Assembly (NCBI GenBank): GCA_963816145.1
Contig: CAWFJP010000017.1
Coordinates: 160,001 to 224,000 of the forward strand
Length of the DNA stretch: 64,000 nucleotides
Reading direction: 5' to 3'
DNA from: an uncultured delta proteobacterium
Lineage (GTDB): Bacteria; Desulfobacterota; Binatia; UBA9968
Shown: positions 41,648-51,535 of the stretch, piece after piece
How positions within the stretch are numbered: the first letter of the stretch is position 1
Layout of the letters: the number at the start of each line of letters is the position of its first letter
Program-made: the position numbers and the translations under genes
Notes under the pieces: generated by a model
Database searches by the model: none
Told to the model about the DNA's origin: nothing
Seen by the model: the letters and a program-made list of their open reading frames with translations, nothing else

Positions 41648-42073
41648 CTAAACCGTGATCCGTGTGTTGCGTAGCCGGCCCCTGTAGCGCAGCGGTTCAC
41701 GGATGCGTCTTTGGGGACCATTGCCGACCGCTGTTTGGTTGCGCCAGCGCGTCAATCCTTTGCGCAAATAACTCGCATCGAGCTGCAACGCCTCGCAAAC
41801 AAGCTCGAAGGAATAGAGTGCTTGACCGTTGCCGCTAAAAATCCATGCCTCGGCCTCTTGGAAGATCTTGCGGCAACGCCGGCTCTTGGCACCGGCGCAT
41901 TTCTGCAAACACTCAATCGCGTTGGTCAAAACCGCGAACATCAGTTTCATTTCCGGTAGCAAGTGATCTCGTCGCTGAATTGTTTTCGAATATTCAAACG
42001 ATGTCAGGACATCCGGTTCCAAATAATCTCTGATTCTAAATAGCTGAGCGGTGCTGCGTGCGGTTGATTCCAT
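41648..42073 (-). CDS. Conserved hypothetical protein (PE.KLM.AVL..AI...F.EAE.WI...SFE.VCEAL.LD..YLR.GL type)
   Basis: GAGGAGGAG SD and an upstream sigma-54 motif; helical protein of unknown function. Confidence 0.65.
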   Translation of the reverse strand: MESTARSTAQLFRIRDYLEPDVLTSFEYSKTIQRRDHLLPEMKLMFAVLTNAIECLQKCAGAKSRRCRKIFQEAEAWIFSGNGQALYSFELVCEALQLDASYLRKGLTRWRNQTAVGNGPQRRIREPLRYRGRLRNTRITV

Positions 42074-42100
42074 TAACTCCTCCTCAGTTGCGGCCCTACC

Positions 42101-42115
42101 GCAAGAAACGAACCA
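42101..42115 (-). promoter_or_regulatory. sigma-54 (-24/-12) promoter
   Basis: Minus strand TGGTTCGTTTCTTGC has GG-N10-GC spacing, about 28 nt upstream of ATG 42073. Confidence 0.6.
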
Positions 42116-42345
42116 GCAACGTAAGAGGCGGAAAAACATTCGCTATTTGTTGTAAATACGCTCACAAGATTGACTCGGCGACTGGTTTGCGTGTCGGATC
42201 TTTACAGGACGCGATCAGAACCGCGGATCGTGTATAAAAAATGCACACCCGGGACCACAAGTCACCGCTGACCCAAAATAAACCTTTGAAGGATTAGAAA
42301 CTTAGATGAGCTTTCTGCGGATGGCTGTGCGCAGGAAATGCACAG

Positions 42346-43710
42346 TCAGGCCAATAGATGTCTGGACATTTTATTGTAAAGTGCGCGCCGGCTGATACCG
42401 AGTACCAATGCAGCTTGTTTTTTATTGCCGTTTACCGAAGCGAGAGTTAGCTGGATGAGTTCTTTTTCGACGGCGCCCAGGGTTAGACCAATTGACGAGG
42501 AGCTCAAGACTTCACTGCTTCGACCGCCGCTGAGCGACAGATTCTTGATTCTTTGCGGCACCAGATCCGGCGTAAGCTCGTTGCCGTCTGCCATCAGTAC
42601 CGCGGTCTGGACGACGTTTTTCAACTCACGGACATTACCAGGCCATGGATAATGACGCAGCAGCCGATAAGTTTCTGGCGAGACTTTATCAATTTCTTTT
42701 TCATAAAGCTTGGCGAACGACGCGACAAAATGATCGGTGAGGACATTCACGGCGCCGGGACGATCGCGCAGCGCGGGAACGGCGATATGAAAAACGTTCA
42801 AGCGATAAAAAAGGTCCTCGCGAAAGCGTTTTTCGGCAACACTCTTTTCGAGATCTTCGTTGGCAGCGGCAATAATTCTGACATCGGCGGAAATGGTTTT
42901 AACGCCGCCGACGCGGCGAAACGATTTTTCCTCGAGGACGCGCAGCAAACTGATTTGAGTCTTACCATCCATGGTGGCGATCTCATCGAGAAATACCGTG
43001 CCACCCTGGGCTTGCTCGAAAATGCCGGGCCGGGAGTCCTGTGCCCCTGTGTAAGCACCCCTTTCGTGGCCGAAAATTTCACTGGCGATAAGTTCGGGCG
43101 CCATTGCGCCGGTGTTGATCGCCACGAAGGGTTTGTCTTTTCGTTGACTCCGCCGATGGATTCCAGACGCCAGCAGATCTTTCCCTGTACCCGTCTCGCC
43201 GGTGATGAGCACGGGAACATCGACGTTGGCCGCCTCCAAGGCGCGTCGCACGACGGCGCGCATGGGTAAACTAACCGTGATCATACCCTCGAATTCGATC
43301 GGAACATCGAACAGGGTTTCCGCCGCGGGACGCCCGTTCCGGCGGGACTGGCAGGGAAGAAAGCGCTCGACCAAACGCGCCCACTCCTGTTCGTCGGTGG
43401 GCTCTTGTTCGACGTGAAAATTCTCGCAAGGAGGAACTAAGCCGAGCCGACCTGCCGCGCTTGTGAGAACCAAGATTTTTGTCCGCACGGCCATCGCGGC
43501 GAGTTGAGGAAGCGTATTCTCCAGATCGCCAAACTCGCGCCCCGCAGGACCAGCGGCGCACCACACAACCAGATTAAATTTGTGACGGCTCAGCTTGTCT
43601 CGAGCCGCTTTCAAGCAGGGAACCGTTTCCAGTTTCACTGCTCCGCGTAGTTGGGCTTGCAACGAACTTGGCAACGATGAATCGGGGGCGACAATTAGTA
43701 CACAGGCCAT
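42346..43710 (-). CDS. sigma-54-dependent enhancer-binding protein (NtrC/Fis family) with a degenerate N-terminal receiver
   Basis: GETGTGKD, SEIFGHERGAYTGA, FLDEI, FREDLFYRL, WPGNVREL and a C-terminal HTH (NKKQAA..LGISRRALY.K). Confidence 0.92.
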   Translation of the reverse strand: MACVLIVAPDSSLPSSLQAQLRGAVKLETVPCLKAARDKLSRHKFNLVVWCAAGPAGREFGDLENTLPQLAAMAVRTKILVLTSAAGRLGLVPPCENFHVEQEPTDEQEWARLVERFLPCQSRRNGRPAAETLFDVPIEFEGMITVSLPMRAVVRRALEAANVDVPVLITGETGTGKDLLASGIHRRSQRKDKPFVAINTGAMAPELIASEIFGHERGAYTGAQDSRPGIFEQAQGGTVFLDEIATMDGKTQISLLRVLEEKSFRRVGGVKTISADVRIIAAANEDLEKSVAEKRFREDLFYRLNVFHIAVPALRDRPGAVNVLTDHFVASFAKLYEKEIDKVSPETYRLLRHYPWPGNVRELKNVVQTAVLMADGNELTPDLVPQRIKNLSLSGGRSSEVLSSSSIGLTLGAVEKELIQLTLASVNGNKKQAALVLGISRRALYNKMSRHLLA

Positions 43711-43741
43711 AAGCAGTCTCGTGATGTTATGCCGTCCAGAT

Positions 43742-43948
43742 CTACGACTATAGTCTTATCAATATACTCGCCTCAGTTTCAGTAGTCACGTGAAGAACAA
43801 CACCAAATATATCCTTCAGTGCTCGCTCAATATATCAAAGTATATGACAACGCAACAGTTATTAAGGATTTTTTTTAAGAGAAGAACGCCTCCGCCATGA
43901 TAAAACCGGATCATTATCGATCGCGAAGAGCTACGACTATAGTCTTAT
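43742..43948. promoter_or_regulatory. Two identical 18-bp sites with a palindromic core (probable operator pair)
   Basis: CTACGACTATAGTCTTAT at 43742-43759 and 43931-43948, core GACTATAGTC, in an AT-rich spacer upstream of the bEBP gene. Confidence 0.7.
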
Positions 43949-44045
43949 AACGGGGCAAAAGTTGGACCGAGGGATTTGGTATCCGGATACAGCGGCGAAT
44001 CCGACCGATCTATTGAGAATAAAGCAGTTCAAACGAGACTCGTTA

Positions 44046-45515
44046 TTAATTAGTCTTCGGCAGGTTAACAATATTTAGCATCAACTCGGCGATTATCTTT
44101 CGGTAGGCGCGTCGCGCTTTATTGCCGTAAAACACACGGTGAGAGGGCATTTCAAAATGAAGGCTTCTCTTCGCGAGTTTCAAGATTCCATCTTCTTTGG
44201 CGGCCCAAGCGCCGATGGCAACCTGATCGACAGGCTCGATCACTAAGTTTGCTTTCACGACATCTGGAAAATCCCGCAATACTCGATCACGGATCTGCCC
44301 ATATGTCATTTTGATCGCCTCGGCCTGGGGCCGGGTAATCCCGACTGTTGCCACGTCGATGTCATCGACCTCGCCGTTCTGGTGCATATCAATATACAGA
44401 TTCAACGGGCCACGAGCCGCTTTGATGACCGCAGCGGAATAGCGCCGGTAAACTTCTGCCGCACGTTCGGTCTTGCGTTCGATGGTGTCCGTCGGGTAGC
44501 GGCGCTCACTGGGCCGATTGACGTTAATACGCCATCCGCCACATTCGGTGGGTGTGAAACCTCGCGTAATCACCGCTGGCAACGAGGTCCGATAACTCAG
44601 CTCTTCAACCAACTCGCCGGTATACCAGTCGAAACTCCCGTGGGGCGCCCCTATGACTATCCCCCGGCGATCGTCGCGCGCGGCGATCGAGTCGATCCGG
44701 CCAAGCGGCATCGACGTCACTTCGATTTGTCGGCTTGGCACCCCGTTGTCCGTTGAAATCGACCTAGCCGCGCTTACCCAAGCGGCCAAAATCTTCTGGT
44801 ACACGGCTCGGACGGGTGCTTCCGCAAGTACGCTCGGAATCCGCAAGATCATGCCGCGTCGTGCCAGCATCAAAACGCCATGGTTCTTAACGCCGTCGCT
44901 ATCCCACGATATCTCGTCCAAAGGGTTGAGCGCGATTTCGACGCGTGGCAGATTCCCGCTGGCAATCAACGGATCGCGAATCTGCGCGTAGGACTCTTTC
45001 AAAATCTCGAGCTGCTCAAAACTAAGGCCCGCCGAAGCAACTTCGATGCGCTGAGCAGGGTTGGTTCTATTGGGGGCGCGCAGACCGAAGTAAAACTCTA
45101 TCGGACCATCAACGGTGGAGCCCAGTAGCGTGCGAAATTCGGTGTAAACGCTGTCTCGACCCACACCATCCGCTGCTGACCAAGAGATTTGACTCGTGTG
45201 AATCAGCGGCTGTGAAACTGGAATCCGTTTATTCTCGAAGTCATAAGCAACCACTAGACCCGCGTCCAAATGATCACGAATCGTGTCGGCGTATTTGATG
45301 GCTGTGGGTTCGGTGACACCCCGCGGAACCCCAATCACCGTGCGCTCAAGGTGGGACGGGGAAATGCGAAATTCGAAATACCCCAATTCACCAATTGACC
45401 GCCTCTGGAGCGGCTGCTGGAGGAAGCAGCCGCTCCAGAGTATAAGAGCCACCGCGACAAACAACCGCCGGGAGGCACCGCCGGTTGGCAAGTAGGACGT
45501 CACGCGGCTCGCCAA
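44046..45515 (-). CDS. Putative lipoprotein with two tandem alpha/beta Zn-hydrolase-like domains
   Basis: LWSGC lipobox-like sequence. The second half has IVIGAPHG..D, INVNRP, YIDMHQN and LHFE; the first half is a degenerate copy. Confidence 0.6.
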   Translation of the reverse strand: MASRVTSYLPTGGASRRLFVAVALILWSGCFLQQPLQRRSIGELGYFEFRISPSHLERTVIGVPRGVTEPTAIKYADTIRDHLDAGLVVAYDFENKRIPVSQPLIHTSQISWSAADGVGRDSVYTEFRTLLGSTVDGPIEFYFGLRAPNRTNPAQRIEVASAGLSFEQLEILKESYAQIRDPLIASGNLPRVEIALNPLDEISWDSDGVKNHGVLMLARRGMILRIPSVLAEAPVRAVYQKILAAWVSAARSISTDNGVPSRQIEVTSMPLGRIDSIAARDDRRGIVIGAPHGSFDWYTGELVEELSYRTSLPAVITRGFTPTECGGWRINVNRPSERRYPTDTIERKTERAAEVYRRYSAAVIKAARGPLNLYIDMHQNGEVDDIDVATVGITRPQAEAIKMTYGQIRDRVLRDFPDVVKANLVIEPVDQVAIGAWAAKEDGILKLAKRSLHFEMPSHRVFYGNKARRAYRKIIAELMLNIVNLPKTN

Positions 45516-45561
45516 GATCCTTCTTTAGAGACGATTCATCTGATCGCTCTGCGTCCAAACC

Positions 45562-47079
45562 CTAAAACGTGTAACGCCAGTTGAGCAGCACGTCCACCCA
45601 GTCACCGCCAGCACCCGACCGGCAATTTGTAGTTGTTGAGCTGGTCTTGTGGCACAAACCTAAATTATACCCGGCCTGGCCGACTCGGTTGTCCAAATTC
45701 GCCGCGTCATACCAAAGGAAGTTCACGCCCATGCTCATGCGCGGGGCGATGAAATACCATAAATCCCATTCTCTCAAGAGAACGCGGTTGCGGTGGAATT
45801 GCGGCAAATGACCGGTAGTGCAGCCGCCTGTCTCGCAGGTCGTTGAGAAACTGGCCCGCTCAAAGTGCGTGCCCACCAGAACCGAGCCAGTTTGAGTCGA
45901 CGATCCGGTCAAGAAACCCTTAGGGCTCCAGAGAAACAAGTCATGACCGATCAGAAAACCATTCGATCGCTTCTTGCCGGGACGACTGCCATTGTCATGG
46001 CTCTGGACAAAATTACCCATGGCCCGCAAGGTGTAGGGCCCGACGTTCCACACGACACCAGGTCCCATCGACGTAGTCAGCCCGGAGCCAATGCTGTTCG
46101 CTCCGGTGTCAAACAGGACCTGTCGGCCGCCGTCACCATGATCCTGCAGCCGATAGCGGTTGCAACCGTTCTGAACACCTGCTCGGTTGTCGTTGTTACA
46201 GAACCAGCTGCCGTACTCGAAGGTTAGGCCGTTGATCCACTTGTTCTTGACTTGCGAGAAGGGCTGGACCGACATGTACAGGTTGAAGTCCTTACGGTCA
46301 GTCAGGGTCTGCGTGCCGTCGTCGCCTTCGGCGATGTTCGCCATGCCGAATTGAAACCGGCGCAATCTACCAGGAATGCCGATGGTGCTCAGCGATCTGT
46401 CATCCCAGTTAAGCTCGAAACCGCTACCCGCGCGACCCGTGTTGAAGCCGTTATTGCGGCTGGCGAGATCATATTCCGCCTGCGCGCCGATGGCGCCGGA
46501 GCCCTGACGGGCCAAGCTGCCGCCGGCGGCATTTTGGGTTTCCATGCCGAACTGCACAGTCGGCAACCATGGGCTGATGTCTTCGCCATGGAAGTAGACT
46601 GCGCCGCGCTGCAACATGGAATTGACGCCGGTGCCCTGGTTGTTCTTGCCGTTGCCGTTGCCCCAACCGTCGAGGTCGAGAGTCGCCTCAAATTCCCACA
46701 AGCAGTTGTTGAGGCAGTAGAACACACCGGGACGGAAACGCCGGCCATAGAGCTGGCCGTTCGTCCGACCCTGCTGGTCGAGGCCGGATTCAAAGTCCAA
46801 GCGGAAGTGGGATTCCAAGGTAAACCGCAATCCCCAAGCCTTATCCGCCGCTTCGATACTCACACCGTTGCCTGGCCGATACGAAAACGAGGGCATCGCT
46901 GCCGCCGCCGCCGTGGCCTCCTTTTTCAGCTCGATCTGTTGCTCCTCGAGCTGCGACAACTTGTCGCGCAACTGTTGAATTTCCCTGTCTACCTCGGCTT
47001 GACCGTAAGAATCATTCGGCGCGGCAAGCCCCACACCGATGATTGCCATAAGCACCAAACTCGCCCATCTCCGCATCAT
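45562..47079 (-). CDS. Outer-membrane porin-like protein (OprO/P-like) with an N-terminal coiled coil
   Basis: Signal peptide, coiled coil EIQQLRDKLSQLEEQQ, amphipathic beta strands, C-terminal WRYTF beta-signal; GGAGGT SD. Confidence 0.75.
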   Translation of the reverse strand: MMRRWASLVLMAIIGVGLAAPNDSYGQAEVDREIQQLRDKLSQLEEQQIELKKEATAAAAAMPSFSYRPGNGVSIEAADKAWGLRFTLESHFRLDFESGLDQQGRTNGQLYGRRFRPGVFYCLNNCLWEFEATLDLDGWGNGNGKNNQGTGVNSMLQRGAVYFHGEDISPWLPTVQFGMETQNAAGGSLARQGSGAIGAQAEYDLASRNNGFNTGRAGSGFELNWDDRSLSTIGIPGRLRRFQFGMANIAEGDDGTQTLTDRKDFNLYMSVQPFSQVKNKWINGLTFEYGSWFCNNDNRAGVQNGCNRYRLQDHGDGGRQVLFDTGANSIGSGLTTSMGPGVVWNVGPYTLRAMGNFVQSHDNGSRPGKKRSNGFLIGHDLFLWSPKGFLTGSSTQTGSVLVGTHFERASFSTTCETGGCTTGHLPQFHRNRVLLREWDLWYFIAPRMSMGVNFLWYDAANLDNRVGQAGYNLGLCHKTSSTTTNCRSGAGGDWVDVLLNWRYTF

Positions 47080-47279
47080 ATTTCTACCTCCCATTGATTT
47101 TTTCTGACGTTTGTTAACCGCTTCTCCCATGATAATGCGCACACACCCGTGCTCGTTTTTCGCACGCGATGCCAATCGCAACTGACTCAAACAACACCCA
47201 TGCATCGCAGCACGATCGAAAACCTGCCGTTGGCTTCGCGTTTGAAAAACAATGATTCAGTAAAGTCGCAGACCCCTAG

Positions 47280-47296
47280 AGCAAGCGTCGTGCCCA
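47280..47296 (-). promoter_or_regulatory. sigma-54 (-24/-12) promoter of the porin gene
   Basis: Minus strand TGGGCACGACGCTTGCT is close to the TGGCACG-N4-TTGC consensus. Confidence 0.7.
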
Positions 47297-47643
47297 ATTC
47301 AGAAACGAAGCGGAAAGCGAATTTAATCGATGACTTGGAGAAATTCACCGTCACCGCATATGTGGCTAGATCAGCTTACCTGTGAATTAACTTTACAGAG
47401 AGAAGTTTGATGTGCAGATAGTTTACCAAGACGCGCGTTCGCTAAAGAGCCACTGTGAAGGAAGTGTACAACTGCCTGACCGGCCTTATGATGCACAGCA
47501 AAAGACTTGATGCGAGACGCTGCGAGTGTCGTTGGAGTTGGCGATTCTGTTAGGAAGGTGTCGCTAGCGTGGCTTGGAATGATCTAGAAATCTGATCGGC
47601 CGCGTTTTTAAGAACAACCCATGGGCAGACTGCCCGGTCGTCA

Positions 47644-48189
47644 TTACGCGTCCTTCGACTTGAGCAGCTCTTTGAACTGCTTGTGCAGCTTGGTCATTTT
47701 CGGCGGGATCATGTATTGGCAATAGCCCTGCGAAGGATTGTTCGCGTAAAATTTCTGGTGGTAGTCCTCGGCGGGATAGAACTCGGTGAGCGGCTCCAAG
47801 GTTGTGACTATGGAGTTCTTGAAGGTCTTCGCGGCGTCCAACTCTTTGATAAACGCCGCCGCTTCTTCTTTCTGTTTATCGTCGCCGTAAAAAATCGCCG
47901 AGCGATATTGCGTGCCGACATCATTGCCCTGGCGGTTTAACGTCGTTGGATCGTGGGTGGCGAAGAAAACGGTCATGAGATCACGAAACGAAACTTCGGC
48001 CGGGTCGAATTCGATCTTGATCACCTCGGCGTGGCCGGTGTTGCCCATGCATACCTGCTCGTAGGTCGGGTTCTTGTTCTTGCCGCCGGCGTAGCCGGAG
48101 ACCACAGACTTGACGCCGCGCAGTTCGTCAAACACCGCTTCGGTACACCAAAAACAGCCGCCGCCGAAAACCGCAACTTGATGACTCAT
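47644..48189 (-). CDS. msrA: Peptide-methionine (S)-S-oxide reductase
   Basis: GGGCFWC, SGYAGG, HDPT..NRQG.D.G.QYRS, AEDYHQ. Confidence 0.96.
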   Translation of the reverse strand: MSHQVAVFGGGCFWCTEAVFDELRGVKSVVSGYAGGKNKNPTYEQVCMGNTGHAEVIKIEFDPAEVSFRDLMTVFFATHDPTTLNRQGNDVGTQYRSAIFYGDDKQKEEAAAFIKELDAAKTFKNSIVTTLEPLTEFYPAEDYHQKFYANNPSQGYCQYMIPPKMTKLHKQFKELLKSKDA

Positions 48190-49148
48190 TTGCCCCCCAG
48201 TTCCTGGTTGACCTCACGCTGCAGCGTGAAGTCGAAAATCTTCGCCGGCGCGATCGGTGCGATCAAACCGAGAATTTCGGCGTCACCCTTCAGATGTTCG
48301 GCGATCTCAGCGTCCGTCGGAATCCCGTTGGTGGTAAACGCTGCGCGCGACAATCGGTAGGTTTCTAAAGCCGTGTTGATATCCACGTTCAAATACTTGG
48401 CCAATATTTCCGCGCTGCCTTTCTCATTCTGGTGGAAATAGCGATTTCCCTTGGCCCGCGCCCGGAGAATCTTCTTGGACAGTGGATCGCGGACGTTTTT
48501 ATCCAGCACCGCCAGGCCATTTTGCAGGCTGCTGAATTCGTCGATGGCGCTAGCCAAGATATTCAATTTGTACTTGTCGCGCGCGACGATGACGATCGGC
48601 GGCGAAAGGATGCCGACCTGGATCGAGCCATTGACCAAACCTTGCAATTGCGTCGGCACATCGCCGCCCAATACAACGGTCACATCTTTGTCCGGGTTGA
48701 GTCCCGCGCGCCGCAGCATGCGAATGCCCGCGGTGTGCTGACTGCCGCCCAGAGTCGTTGTGCCCATCACTTTACCCTTGAGATCGGCAAAAGTCTTCAA
48801 TTCAGGCCTACTGACCAGCCAAAATACCGGCCGGCGCAAACTGATCGCCAACACTTTCACCGGCGCGCCGCGCGGAATCGCGCGGATCACGCTGCCCACC
48901 GAACCGAGTGCATTAACCTCGCCGGATACTAGCGCGGCGATCGCCGCCGTCGCGCGTACTTGCACTAGCTGCGGATCGAGACCCTCCTCGCGGAAAAAAC
49001 CACGTTCCTGCGCCACAAAGAGATCGATCGACGCGATGCTGCGGCTGGAATAAGTTACCACCACCTTTTGCAGTGGAGTCTGCGCCAAGCCCGGCGCTGG
49101 CGCGGAAATAACCATAAGTAGAACCAATTGAGCCATCACAAACCGCAT
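48186..49148 (-). CDS. ABC-type substrate-binding protein, NMT1/SsuA-like
   Basis: [30 protein letters not shown]; 4-nt overlap with msrA. Confidence 0.87.
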   Translation of the reverse strand: MRFVMAQLVLLMVISAPAPGLAQTPLQKVVVTYSSRSIASIDLFVAQERGFFREEGLDPQLVQVRATAAIAALVSGEVNALGSVGSVIRAIPRGAPVKVLAISLRRPVFWLVSRPELKTFADLKGKVMGTTTLGGSQHTAGIRMLRRAGLNPDKDVTVVLGGDVPTQLQGLVNGSIQVGILSPPIVIVARDKYKLNILASAIDEFSSLQNGLAVLDKNVRDPLSKKILRARAKGNRYFHQNEKGSAEILAKYLNVDINTALETYRLSRAAFTTNGIPTDAEIAEHLKGDAEILGLIAPIAPAKIFDFTLQREVNQELGGK

Positions 49149-49248
49149 GCGGCGATCATCGCTTGCGCGCCACCGAAGTTCAAGACTCCCGGCTATTAGA
49201 CACCGATTCGCCAGGAAAAATTACTTTGTTCGACCCTTGGCGAAACTG

Positions 49249-49674
49249 TCAACTCTGCTTCGCCCAATTGATGATCAGCTCGCGCTCGGCAGGGGAGAGT
49301 TTAGCTTCGGGATGAAGCGGCAAATAATAAAATAGCGGCATGCCACCTTTTTCGACTTGCTTGGCGATTTCCTTGAGTTTGCGCGCTTTGCGCTTTTCGT
49401 CATACTTTTCCCAGGTGGAGAAGTTTACCTCTTTGCGGCCGTTCTTCACATCCCGGGCGATCAGCAGCGATCCCGGCGCGATCTGAGAATACCAAGGCCA
49501 GACCGTTTCATTCGAATGGCAGTCGAAACAGGCGCGGCGCAAAAGCACCTGCACCTCACCTGGCGCCGCGGCCGCGCCGCGCTCCGGTGGATTGCGCTTG
49601 TCCGCCGGAATCAATTGGATCCCGATCAAGATGACGATTAGTGCTAAGCCCAGTCGTTTGAAAAACTGCTTCAT
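49249..49674 (-). CDS. Haem-binding-domain cytochrome c
   Basis: RACFDCHSN.T.WPWYS..AP, NFS.W, MP..Y..LHPEA.L. Confidence 0.88.
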   Translation of the reverse strand: MKQFFKRLGLALIVILIGIQLIPADKRNPPERGAAAAPGEVQVLLRRACFDCHSNETVWPWYSQIAPGSLLIARDVKNGRKEVNFSTWEKYDEKRKARKLKEIAKQVEKGGMPLFYYLPLHPEAKLSPAERELIINWAKQS

Positions 49675-49703
49675 AGGTATTCGACGTATCAGGAATGCTT
49701 GTC

Positions 49704-50531
49704 TTAGAATCGTTTATCGATCCAGACGCGCACATAATCATAGAAGTTTTTCACCGAGTTGCCATATTGCCCCGGCGACGATTCGCACGGGGCACCGGCA
49801 GATGGCAGGGCGGTGAATTGTTACTCGAACAGTGATCGATACCGTCCATGGAATCCGTGGCGCGCACGGCGTTGGCGCTGAGAAACGATTTTACAGTCAA
49901 AAGGCGCGTGCCATTCTCGAACTGTCCGTTCTGCCGCGCCGCTTGCAGATTCGGCACCCGTACGCTTTTGACGATCTCGGTTACCACCGTGCCATCATTT
50001 TTGATCAACTTGCGCGGCTTAACGGTGCCCGGATGAATGCTCATGTCGAGTTGCACCAAGCGCGCGTTTTCGCCCCGCACTACCACAAACGCATCGTCAT
50101 CGGGGTAATCGTATTTGCCGTCCTTCATCTGCCGTTGCATGGCCAAGGCTTTTTCTATCAACCGGTTCATGCGCTCGGCCTGGGCGCGAAAATATTTCTT
50201 TTTGAATTCTTCAGAAAAGGTCGACGGCCCTTTGGAGTTGTAGCCGTTTTTCGGATTGAACGGATCAAGATCAGGATTGATCAAATTGGGACGGCTCTCG
50301 TCGGTAACCGCCGGGTTGAGGTTACGAATGCCGTTCACCGGATTCCCGGATGGGCATCCACAAGAATCAGGCCGTCAGCACGCGGCAGTCCGGCGAGCTA
50401 ATTGCCGCACTGCACTAATCGTCGTTGCAGCCATTGCCGCGTTCCGGCGGATTGCTCCGCGCTCTGGCAAAACTGCGCCACGACTAGGGCAGTAATTTGG
50501 CCAACACCGATTGTTTAAGCCATTTTCCCAT
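49704..50531 (-). pseudogene. Eroded exported alpha/beta-hydrolase-like gene
   Basis: Signal-like start at 50531, then LVQCGN*LAGLPRADGLILVDAHPG (in-frame TAG at 50398-50400). A frameshift leads into ORF 49751..50338, and another frame carries the terminus PGQYGNSVKNFYDYVRVWIDKRF*. Confidence 0.65.
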
Positions 50532-50631
50532 CTTTGGACATTCTTTAGACTCTCGCTTAGAAGCGTTTATTATCCCGTCGCGCACGTAATCGTAAAAATT
50601 CTTCACCGAATTTCCCTCACCCGCGCGGTCG

Positions 50632-51510
50632 CTAGAGCATCGACATCTCATAACCTCTGCTCCCGGCCTGTTCGGCGGAAAAAAGCTTCCACGAGTCGAT
50701 CCACTTGCGCGTCCGCTCGAAAACTTCTTTCGGATAGCTCTCGAAGACCAACCGCTCGCCCGGGCCAAACATGCGCACGTCGACGGCGCTGTGGTAGCGC
50801 TCGGGAAGCTCGTTCAAAAAATAGTGCTTGTAGACTTCCGGCGCCATATCGATTTCCTGCTGGCTGCGCCGCAGCGCTTTGAAGAAACGTTCCACGTCGC
50901 TCTGGTTCGCATCCGGCGCAATCAGGTGGCCGATCATGAACGTCGTGTCGACGATCTTGCGAAAGCCGAGTTGTTCCGCAACGTAGAAGGGCGCCCCGAA
51001 CAGACTCGCCGCCGCAACTTTGCGATCCACCAACAGCGCCAGCCGGTCCAGCAGCAAACCGGCAAAGTTGAGCTTGATCTCATCGCGCTTGAGGAACTCT
51101 TCCAAATACTGCAGCGTCGAATAATGACTGCCGGAGTGATATCCGACGGTGACGGGTATGTGCGCCAGATCCTGAGGTGTTTTTATCGGCGAATCCGGCG
51201 GCACAAAGACTCCCGAGGGCGACACCGAGTAGCAGCCGCCCCACATCCTGCCGTGTCCGGCGGACGCCGCCATGTTGACAGTCCAGTGACAGGCCGCGCT
51301 TAAATCGCAACCGCGACCGCCTTCAATCGATTCGAAGGCTCCCCGCTGGATCTCCGGCGGCGCCGTCTCGACGACCTGAACATGCGCCGACCAGGTGGCG
51401 ATCGGCTTTACCAGGAATTCGTAATCCAATCCCTCCTCGCGAAAGTAGCCTTTTTCTTCTGCCACCCACTCTTGCAATCGTCCATGCGACTGAATGCGGA
51501 ATTTTCCCAT
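50632..51510 (-). CDS. Signal-peptide-less protein with a periplasmic-binding-protein (SsuA/THI5-like) fold
   Basis: WVAEEKGYFREEGL and SPIKTP.DL motifs start at about residue 15 with no hydrophobic leader; ACHW motif. Confidence 0.75.
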   Translation of the reverse strand: MGKFRIQSHGRLQEWVAEEKGYFREEGLDYEFLVKPIATWSAHVQVVETAPPEIQRGAFESIEGGRGCDLSAACHWTVNMAASAGHGRMWGGCYSVSPSGVFVPPDSPIKTPQDLAHIPVTVGYHSGSHYSTLQYLEEFLKRDEIKLNFAGLLLDRLALLVDRKVAAASLFGAPFYVAEQLGFRKIVDTTFMIGHLIAPDANQSDVERFFKALRRSQQEIDMAPEVYKHYFLNELPERYHSAVDVRMFGPGERLVFESYPKEVFERTRKWIDSWKLFSAEQAGSRGYEMSML

Positions 51511-51535
51511 GGCCGGCTCCCCTCGTGATTCTGTC

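Noticed and set aside
43742-43948. CRISPR array
   Set aside because: Only two 18-bp copies with a 171-bp gap and no cas genes; I saw no regularly spaced repeats anywhere in the window.
46252-47097. 281-aa plus-strand ORF
   Set aside because: Antisense to the porin gene, which has an SD, a signal peptide and a beta-signal.
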